A stretch of 64,000 bases of DNA from contig JAGOJO010000006.1 in the NCBI GenBank assembly GCA_017995075.1, positions 939-64,938 of the forward strand, written 5' to 3'. A model generated the notes under the pieces. The model searched no databases. It saw nothing but the letters and a program-made list of their open reading frames with translations, and was not told the origin of the DNA. Position numbers and translations under genes: made by a program. Within the stretch, counting starts at the first letter, position 1; every line of letters starts with the position of its first letter. The stretch comes from Bacteroidia bacterium. GTDB taxonomy: Bacteria; Bacteroidota; Bacteroidia; AKYH767-A; OLB10. Positions 10,801-16,461 of this stretch are shown one piece after another.

Positions 10801-10859
10801 CTTACTGTAGGACACATAAATAGGATAGCGACTGAAATCAGTCGAAGGAAATTAGTCAT
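4821..10859 (-). CDS. giant (2012 aa) multidomain T9SS-secreted surface protein
   Basis: Signal peptide 'MCPTVSFAQ'. N-terminal Asp-box/BNR propeller ('SSNNGSTW','STNNGANW','SVDGGLTW'), then Ig/PKD-like modules and a CARDB-like segment. PbH1-type right-handed beta-helix repeats follow ('ITNNVMHQSSG','IIHNNKINSTG','IIHNSFGHG','FVNNLIRSN'). Next come a dockerin-like EF-hand pair ('DSSKNVDNFDILPIG','DANGDGWIDADDTL') and a cohesin-like beta domain. CTD 'LYPNPSGGNVQLLF...GLYFISL...KLIRR'. Confidence 0.9.
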   Translation of the reverse strand: MTNFLRLISVAILFMCPTVSFAQWTQLTTGTNNDIYCVRYNSSGDVWAGSWNGVFRSSNSGATFNFVNGLNSTLGNSQIIGSFDDIHVTGPSSAVAAGFFNLGNDLIIFGTSNNAASWSHNFYAGTGALPRSISAMDFDGAGNGVAVGGAGRVYRSSNNGSTWTAATSGTTNTLEDVSWVNGSTFVSVSGSNIYRSTNNGANWTSVVSLQSNIDNVSFARGTNTGYAGGSGNLRKSVDGGLTWTALNIPAYTIRTIFAFSPDTVYVGAYDGVYRSVTGGVYWEKFDMPNIKWVNDIYFYDANNGMVAGDSGYVAVTSNGGGLPMPISYFSLPLTNNCEDSVAQPLNLGDPAWSYQWFLNGTLVSTQHSPSITLTPPGSAIIMLVASNNGYTDTSSNTFSITPQPVVNPFAVINDTICQNGQGHFTIPNSQPFVNYTLFDGAVQVASMGGNGNTVTLTTATNQSVVKPYRIRAVYNNVCGSDTVEVIDSLWIATPSTNVAAILYRDTICTGDTTYMIIFNSEPGWDYYCSNAQFVKVDGTGGAIGIPVGPITSSVTITVYARFKALNCVKALAGSFPLTLIPASLNLTPGTLQGAVGQPIAMSSTSSGYNTWLWDFGANASPATSTGQTPVAPSFSVAGIDTVILTAKLNNTCTKEIRRPVYVYGNLPVATMDTCLQRLAQSGLTNLITEMHLDDFNNLHVAGYNVSSSNFAFTPNIYRIDSAGNRVFFTTFNSLGNSPGAQGLINGLTTDRLTNTYFATHYVAANRFDIQGKFIRNRNAIVQFNDKGTFQWAIESPLADFSDMVTVDGRVFAIGVNAWNGCQFQTTNGGFNYTPSLNNKGEAFIMEINPAGHVLSFDAFGSAGNGGVTNPAKFRVKYPLVNQFFDYDTLRQNLMARKAVNGDILIAGMLDATSIGQPVYFNSTVMANTLPSGVVNEKSLFISRYNLNTGFTDAVNLMTGNPEFITDFKETSSGHYVLVGRAKNKLVTSAGTFNFPTQNYEYQIAASFSPTGTLDWMIYADSMSFKAISVNNDGTVSVTAYMTTKFLMVDALNNPYNLSPTPSVGSFLLRFDATGALVSGARISNYSSMGTLQDACGNLNTYHFTGNPVQFRMYHTVHSTSGSCGSNCYAGYDPNLLDAALDSVTLNDNTTSGPAARDMNIKVKSKSIVTITNLQVQYRINNDPVQTLSFNGNLQRGDSVVFAVAGYNFNRSYNRIRVWISSVNGNVDDYPQNDTIITSQIICSSPLAGVYSAGCDTCYFDRIQASALTLKNCGVSGPVKIAIESGIYYDQVVVDSIPFASATDSIVWTSASGNPEDVELFMKTDYSYYRNPFYFNRTHYCSVSNLTLRNTSPRTYDAMQADGPAQAVIVLNTTDHIRVLNNRLYGAPKDGVISSNATIIHGGLISEDGIFDGNYFEGGETALLMGTSVAASVGIRITNNVMHQSSGLQLYNLDDVIIHNNKINSTGSSYYASIICLECDTLQITNNQVGSENWADRTLDLSCDCPPANPCLVANNSFGSAPLWLPFAGVRITATNANIIHNSFGHGLEFGGIQNVNFVNNLIRSNSDFAIDMSSFNGFGSFNNNRYQSFGAPINFTYNGNDYNLAAWRTLTGFDAASDSVTAEFTTLTDMHLRSAVSMPGVPWPGIITDIDGDARSLSTPTIGADEYQLNPAIIDVWPGDCDSSKNVDNFDILPIGMYFNRFGTSRPEEDAYSWTAYPSLLWNSSQAGGINLNHVDANGDGWIDADDTLAVIQNYGLSHAAASPDPLRLTVGPDLAVVPVGTVFAAGDTVHLKVMAGDGTLPVDLLSAIGFQVAVPPGLIVPGSFAVSSANNWLCPDSNCIMYRRADEVTGVAAVSLVRLDGDAASAYGEMADVQFVVNAAYTGNPTVTISLSDYRAFDPEVTPIPLSPVDGIIQVTNTSTQEIASFDGLKLYPNPSGGNVQLLFNWKGNPGEVAQIDVLDLTGRLVKKMNPVLLQNGSQQHQFDCSDLKEGLYFISLRAAGEAMTIKLIRR

Positions 10860-11150
10860 AACGCGCGTTTTGGTAAACCGAAGATACGGGAAAATAATGG
10901 AGGACTAACATTAGATCATAATCGACGATCTAACCAGCATCAAACGACCTGAACGAAACTTAAAACAACCAAGAACCTTTTGCTTAAATTACAATTCATA
11001 TCATTGTATTTCAAATACTTAGTTCGGCAGTGAAGATGAGACAAGTTAAAAAACGAGAGACATAGAAAAAAGCTCTGAGCACTTAATTTAACGCCGGGCA
11101 TTGTAAGATCCTTTATTCATTTTTTTAATGCTAGAATTTAAAATCCTTAT

Positions 11151-11158
11151 TATATTTG
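11151..11158 (+). promoter_or_regulatory. -7 box TATATTTG upstream of 11183..12130
   Basis: Exact TAnnTTTG, 24 nt before the ATG at 11183. Confidence 0.45.
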
Positions 11159-11182
11159 AACTACTTTCCAATCCTTTGAAGT

Positions 11183-12130
11183 ATGAAACACCTGATTCTT
11201 TTGCTTCTTTTTATTTCAGCCACCAACTCCTATGCACAATTGAACCTTGTTCCCAATCCAAGTTTTGAAGATACGGTTGAATGCCCACAATTTCTTGGAC
11301 AGATAGATGCCGCAGAAGGTTGGTCGACTTACAGAAATTCTCCAGACTATTACAATGGTTGTAATAATTCAAATGCTATAACTGTTCCGAATGCAAATTT
11401 TGGTTTCCAATTAGCTCAAAGTGGCTATGCAATGATTGGATTGGATACGTATGCTAAGAAAAACTCCACTGTTGGAAATAATTATCGTGAATATGCGGGT
11501 GCAGAATTATTATTTCCGCTTCAAATAGGAGTTAAATATTACTTTTCGCTATATGCTGTTTTAGCTGAAAGATATACCGGCTTTGCAAGTAATAATTTAG
11601 GTCTAAGATTTTTTACGAACTCTTATTCGCTTTCGAATCCTGCCCCATTAGATAATTTTTCTCATATGAAGTTTGATTACCTATTGACAGACTCAATAAA
11701 TTGGAATAAAATCAGTGGTTCCTTTGTTGCTGATTCAAATTATCAATACGTGTGTATTGGCAATTTCTATGAATATATGAATACCGACACATTGATTGTT
11801 ACACCATTTGCGACAATAGCATATTATTTTGTTGACGATATATGCGTAACCACCGATTCACTTTATAATGAAACATGGACAGGTCTTCCAGATATCGAGC
11901 AAAATCAAATCAGCATTTGGCCAAATCCAATACAAAATTACTTTCAATTTAATTCTTATCAGCAAATTGATGAAATAAAAATATATGATAGCATAGGAAA
12001 ATTAATAAAGAGTGAAAAAGTTGAATCGCAGGAAGGGCGAATTAACCTGGAGATTTTATCAGAAGGAATCTATTTTGCCTCCTTTAGAAAAGAGAAAACC
12101 ATTTCAGTTTATAAGTTATTAAAACTCTAA
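11183..12130 (+). CDS. T9SS CTD secreted protein
   Basis: Signal peptide ending 'NSYAQ'. N-terminal 'LVPNPSFEDTVECPQ' module. CTD 'IWPNPIQNYFQF...GIYFASF...KLLKL'. Confidence 0.8.
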   Translation: MKHLILLLLFISATNSYAQLNLVPNPSFEDTVECPQFLGQIDAAEGWSTYRNSPDYYNGCNNSNAITVPNANFGFQLAQSGYAMIGLDTYAKKNSTVGNNYREYAGAELLFPLQIGVKYYFSLYAVLAERYTGFASNNLGLRFFTNSYSLSNPAPLDNFSHMKFDYLLTDSINWNKISGSFVADSNYQYVCIGNFYEYMNTDTLIVTPFATIAYYFVDDICVTTDSLYNETWTGLPDIEQNQISIWPNPIQNYFQFNSYQQIDEIKIYDSIGKLIKSEKVESQEGRINLEILSEGIYFASFRKEKTISVYKLLKL

Positions 12131-12141
12131 AACAAAACAAA

Positions 12142-12729
12142 ATGAAAAAACAACTCTTCCAGATTCTATTCCTGTTGGTATTCAGCTTAGAATCAAATGC
12201 GCAAGTTTCCACTGGCGCAAACAACACTTCGTTTCCTACTACGGACTATGTCGGCTGGGATAATTCTGTTACTAATGCGCTTCGACTTAAACACGAAGGA
12301 AACTATGGGATGGAATTCTACACCAACACCGGAGCCGGAGCTTTCGGGACTCCGAAAATGACATTAACGAGCACAGGAAAGCTTGGTATCGGTAACTCAA
12401 GCCCATCATCTTGGTTGGATATAGTATCTACCAGTACTAAAGAAACATTCAGAACGGATGTACCCGCCAATGAAGATAATTATTGGCGGATGTTTGCTCA
12501 AGGAAATGAATATGGTAGAATCTACCACTTATATGGCACCGGAAGCGCAACCGGATTCTATATGGTTGCACCACGAGGGAATTTAAGATTTGGGTCTGGT
12601 TATAGCTCAGGAACTGTTATTCCTGCAATTGAAATTACTGGCACTTCAGTGGTGTTTAAACATAACCCGGAAATCAATCTTTGGAAATTTGACCAGAAGT
12701 CCGACAAAAACAGGGGTAAAACACCATAG
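12142..12729 (+). CDS. secreted hypothetical protein, possibly a truncated tail-fibre-like gene
   Basis: Signal peptide 'LVFSLESNAQ'. The 'MTLTSTGKLGIGNSSPSSWLDIV' motif resembles the N-terminal part of tail-fibre-like surface proteins. The ORF stops after 195 aa with no C-terminal sorting or fibre domain. It lies 11 nt after the previous gene. Confidence 0.55.
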   Translation: MKKQLFQILFLLVFSLESNAQVSTGANNTSFPTTDYVGWDNSVTNALRLKHEGNYGMEFYTNTGAGAFGTPKMTLTSTGKLGIGNSSPSSWLDIVSTSTKETFRTDVPANEDNYWRMFAQGNEYGRIYHLYGTGSATGFYMVAPRGNLRFGSGYSSGTVIPAIEITGTSVVFKHNPEINLWKFDQKSDKNRGKTP

Positions 12730-12926
12730 CAGAACACCACTCAGGAATGCATTAGGACAGTTATAACAAATGATATTGCATCTAAACAACAAGACCACAG
12801 TAAAACACCATCCATCTTTTAAATCTAATCCACTTCAGAAGTCCAAATAAAGTTCATGTGGGACTTTATGATACTCATACATCTATCTCAAATTCTATAC
12901 ATTATAGAAATAGATGCTTTAGATTC

Positions 12927-12953
12927 AGACTTAATTCAGCCTGAATTAAGTCT
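12927..12953. repeat. perfect 12-bp inverted repeat (hairpin) in a non-coding gap
   Basis: 'agacttaattca gcc tgaattaagtct'. No T-run follows it. Confidence 0.6.
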
Positions 12954-13244
12954 AAACTGTCAGCCTGTTATGGAAAAATAGGGTGTTTGACCTGACCCCC
13001 ACCCATAAGACAGTGGATTTTTTCAGAATGGCATGGGAGGCCTCATATACATTTTCGGAACAGGATTGTTTAGAAAACCATATATAGAAATTTAACAGCA
13101 TCAAAGATTGTGAAGGCTATATCTGAATTTGACCCTCTACAGTAATAATTTGGACTTTTACAAATAATAAATAACACAAAATAAAATCGGTCTTTGTTAA
13201 TAAAACCAGATGAATATTTTTGGTTTTACAGGGGGGCATGGAGG

Positions 13245-13252
13245 TACTTTTG
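13245..13252 (+). promoter_or_regulatory. -7 box TACTTTTG upstream of the DUF2971 gene
   Basis: Exact TAnnTTTG, 19 nt before the ATG at 13272. Confidence 0.45.
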
Positions 13253-13271
13253 TAAATCAAAATAAAATATC

Positions 13272-14489
13272 ATGACTGTAGGAGTGATTGTAAAAATCCC
13301 AGACACTGAACTTATAAAATTTTACGCCCTAATTTTGGAGAATGGATTTCAAATTAAAGATTTCATATGTCCAACACATGGAGTACGCTTAAATGCTGAA
13401 ATCATCAATTATGTTCCAATGATTGCTTTTAAATTCGTAAAAAACCAGAACTATAAATTTGAATTTTCACAAATTAATTCACCATTTACAAATGGTAAAA
13501 CAGGGATAAGTAGAGGTGTCTACTATAGGTATAACCCAGATAAGAATCATGATACCCAATTAAATGGTTGTCCCAACTATGACGAATTAAGGAATATATT
13601 TACTAATTGGCTAATAGCAATAAAAATTCATGAGGAAGCAAGATTAAAAAGGGTAGAAATGTTTAATAGTAATTCAGATAATCAAATACCTGACCAAAAT
13701 CTATTAGCATTAATTTCAAAAAGAATCATTGATACAATTTACAAACCATTGTATAAATACCATTCTAACTATGATTATTTAAAAGAAACACTACTGGACA
13801 ATTCAATTCACCTGTCTCTGCCGAGCGCATTTTCTGATAAATTAGATTGTGCTTATAAATTTGATAGTTTTGATGAGGCACTATTATTCTGTAAGAACCA
13901 CTTTTCTGAACAAGCAGATGGAGAAATTCAAAATTATCTATCTCAATTAAAATCAAATAATAATAGCATAACCGAAGCTGAATTACAAGATAAATTAACT
14001 GAGTTTATAATAGTACAAATTTCTGGTAGTGTTTGTATTTATTGCATAAGTGAAAGCAAGAATAATATTAAATTATGGGAGGATTATTCAAGTAAATATG
14101 CTGGATATTGTATTGAATTTGATTTCAATTCATCAGGCCCTAATCTAACTAAAAAATTAAGAAAGGTTAATTATGTAAAGGATGTACCTATGAGGTTAAC
14201 AGGAAACAACCTTAATGTAGAAGGGTTTTATATCAATAAATCCGAACATTTTATATCTGAACATGAACATAGGTTGATTGTTCTAAATGAGATGGACAGA
14301 GAATTTATTAAATACAAAATCAACCCTAAATCCATTTTGACCATTACATTTGGAAAAGATGCTGATGAGCGGTTTATTAATGAAATAAAACATTTGATTA
14401 AACGGAAGCCTGATTTGAGTCATATAAAATTATTTAAACAAGTATTCAAAATAAATAGATATGAGTACATTGCTATTTCTTTAGACTAA
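13272..14489 (+). CDS. DUF2971-type protein with an unassigned ~170-aa N-terminal region
   Basis: 405 aa with no signal peptide, about 28% G+C. The C-terminal two thirds carry the DUF2971 hallmarks as I recall them: 'LYKYHSNYDYLKETLLDNSIHLSLPSAFSD' and 'IYCISESKNNIKLWEDYSSKYAGYCIEFDF'. Confidence 0.7.
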   Translation: MTVGVIVKIPDTELIKFYALILENGFQIKDFICPTHGVRLNAEIINYVPMIAFKFVKNQNYKFEFSQINSPFTNGKTGISRGVYYRYNPDKNHDTQLNGCPNYDELRNIFTNWLIAIKIHEEARLKRVEMFNSNSDNQIPDQNLLALISKRIIDTIYKPLYKYHSNYDYLKETLLDNSIHLSLPSAFSDKLDCAYKFDSFDEALLFCKNHFSEQADGEIQNYLSQLKSNNNSITEAELQDKLTEFIIVQISGSVCIYCISESKNNIKLWEDYSSKYAGYCIEFDFNSSGPNLTKKLRKVNYVKDVPMRLTGNNLNVEGFYINKSEHFISEHEHRLIVLNEMDREFIKYKINPKSILTITFGKDADERFINEIKHLIKRKPDLSHIKLFKQVFKINRYEYIAISLD

Positions 14490-14559
14490 AATTTATAAAA
14501 ACTAATTGTTTTGAAAGGTGAATTTCTTGCACAAATATTTTCTGTAACAAATCCAAATT

Positions 14560-14868
14560 TTATTTCGCAACTCTGCATCCTGGCCTGCCCTGAAGTGTAA
14601 GGCGTATAAAATGCAAAGAGGCGAAGACTGATGTCTTCGCCTTTCTACCTCAGGCCCAATCCTGAGGTGTGTGCCAAGTATAAATGCTATGCGGTATCCG
14701 AGTTTGGTTGCTCCAAAAAACAAGAGGCGAATACATCAGTCTTCGCCTCTCTACCTCAGGCCCAATCCTGAGGTGTGAGGCTAATATAAATGCTATGCGG
14801 AATCCAGGTTTTCTTGCTCCAAAAAATAAGAGGCGCAAACCGAAGTTAACGCCTCTCTACCTCAGGAG
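14560..14868. repeat. tandem ~106-bp repeat array (2 full units, a tRNA-proximal partial unit and a degenerate distal remnant)
   Basis: The plus-strand anchor 'gaggcg' recurs at 14618, 14724 and 14830, giving a 106-bp period. On the minus strand each unit has a 7-bp hairpin CCTCAGG/CCTGAGG, then a GGCGAAGAC/GTCTTCGCC hairpin followed by a T-run. Confidence 0.9.
14821..14857 (-). terminator. rho-independent terminator of the tRNA gene
   Basis: On the minus strand, stem GAGGCG/CGCCTC is followed by 'TTATTTTTTGG', about 12 nt after the tRNA 3' end. Confidence 0.7.
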
Positions 14869-14942
<74 letters not shown>

Positions 14943-14991
14943 TTACGATCGAAACGGAGGTTCCCGGTTTGACTGTAAATTTTAAGGACGA

Positions 14992-14999
14992 CAAAAATA
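14992..14999 (-). promoter_or_regulatory. -7 box TATTTTTG upstream of the tRNA
   Basis: Exact TAnnTTTG on the minus strand, 49 nt before the mature tRNA 5' end. Confidence 0.4.
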
Positions 15000-15003
15000 G
15001 TAT

Positions 15004-16203
15004 TTATGCCGAAACTGTCTTCAAGACGCCGAGTTCTTTTCCAACTTTCGTAAATGCGGCGATGGCTTTGTCGATATGATGGCGGTCGTGGGCGGCACTC
15101 AACTGGACACGGATCCGCGCATTTCCCTTAGCCACAACAGGATAGAAGAAACCGATCACATAAATACCTTCCTGGAGCAGGCGGGCGGCGAACTCCTGCG
15201 CGAGTTGGGCTTCATAGAGCATAATCGGCACAATCGGGTGTTCTCCCGGCTTAATATCGAAACCGGCTTTGGTAATCTGCTCACGGAAATAGCGGGTATT
15301 TTCCCAAAGTTTATCCCGTAAGGCCGTCGTTTCAGTCAGCATATCAATAACAGCAATAGATGCACCCACGATAGAAGGAGCCAGAGAATTGGAAAAAAGA
15401 TATGGCCGTGAACGCTGGCGTAACATCTCAATCACTTCTTTGCGACCGGAAGTAAATCCACCCATTGCACCGCCCAATGCTTTACCCAAAGTGCCGGTGA
15501 TAATATCTACCCGACCCATCACATTGCGGTATTCATGTGTACCTCGTCCAGTCTTGCCCATAAATCCAGAGGCATGACACTCATCAATCATCACCAATGC
15601 CTTGTACTTATCGGCCAGGTCGCAGATATTATCGAGTTGTGCAATGGTGCCATCCATCGAAAAAACTCCATCAGTCACAATCATGCGATGACGCAGATGC
15701 TGTGTAGCCTTCAATTGCTCCTCGAGATCGTTCATGTCGTTGTGTTTGTAGCGATGACGTTGCGCCTTACAGAGACGAATACCATCGATAATAGAAGCAT
15801 GATTCAGCTCATCTGAAATCAATGCATCCTGATCATTCAGCAAAGGCTCGAATACACCGCCGTTAGCATCAAAAGCTGCTGCATAGAGGATGGTATCTTC
15901 CGTACCGAGATACGATGCGATTTTCTGCTCCAGCTCTTTATGAATATCCTGTGTACCGCAGATAAATCGCACACTGCTCATTCCGAAACCATGTGTATCG
16001 ATGGCCTTCTTCGCAGCTTCAATTACCTTGGGATGAGAGGAAAGTCCGAGATAATTATTCGCACAAAAATTGATCACCTCCAACCCATTGGCAGAGATAT
16101 CCGCTCCTTGTGGCGTTGTGATAATCCGCTCTTGCTTATAGAGTCCTGCTTCCTTTATTTCCTGTAGTTCCTTCTCCAGAACCGGCTTCAGTGTATCGTA
16201 CAT
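15004..16203 (-). CDS. kbl: glycine C-acetyltransferase (2-amino-3-ketobutyrate CoA ligase)
   Basis: Alpha-oxoamine synthase family along the full length, with the PLP-Lys in '[11 protein letters not shown]'. The ATG at 16203 ('[13 protein letters not shown]') is preferred to the track start at 16245. Confidence 0.9.
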   Translation of the reverse strand: MYDTLKPVLEKELQEIKEAGLYKQERIITTPQGADISANGLEVINFCANNYLGLSSHPKVIEAAKKAIDTHGFGMSSVRFICGTQDIHKELEQKIASYLGTEDTILYAAAFDANGGVFEPLLNDQDALISDELNHASIIDGIRLCKAQRHRYKHNDMNDLEEQLKATQHLRHRMIVTDGVFSMDGTIAQLDNICDLADKYKALVMIDECHASGFMGKTGRGTHEYRNVMGRVDIITGTLGKALGGAMGGFTSGRKEVIEMLRQRSRPYLFSNSLAPSIVGASIAVIDMLTETTALRDKLWENTRYFREQITKAGFDIKPGEHPIVPIMLYEAQLAQEFAARLLQEGIYVIGFFYPVVAKGNARIRVQLSAAHDRHHIDKAIAAFTKVGKELGVLKTVSA

Positions 16204-16461
16204 AGTTGTGAAATTTATGGGCATAAAGATAGCGATTTCCGGCATGAATCAGCGAAGGTAATACAGAGGCAAAGTAATTCACTTCGAGAGATGTAGCTAT
16301 TCCCAAAATACATTCCGGGATTAACTGAAGTATGAAAATGATATATCGCCACTTCGATGAAAAAATTCACCTGGCCTATTCTGACTTTCACAAAATAATT
16401 CGGGTTAAGCATGGCTGAACAACATTTCCTCCCTACCTTTATCTCTACCCAAACCTACACC

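Larger units (their letters stand above)
10900..14868. other. low-GC accessory segment abutting a tRNA gene
   Basis: Hand-counted 60-nt samples give 19/60 G+C at 11521-11580 and 17/60 at 13261-13320, against 24-26/60 at 28501-28560 and 40981-41040. The segment ends at the tRNA 3' flank. No integrase ORF is present. Confidence 0.5.

Noticed and set aside
10900-14868. An active integrative element (prophage/ICE/IS) at the tRNA
   Set aside because: No integrase, transposase, excisionase, terminal inverted repeats or clear direct repeat of the tRNA 3' end could be found by eye. Only composition and position support an island origin.
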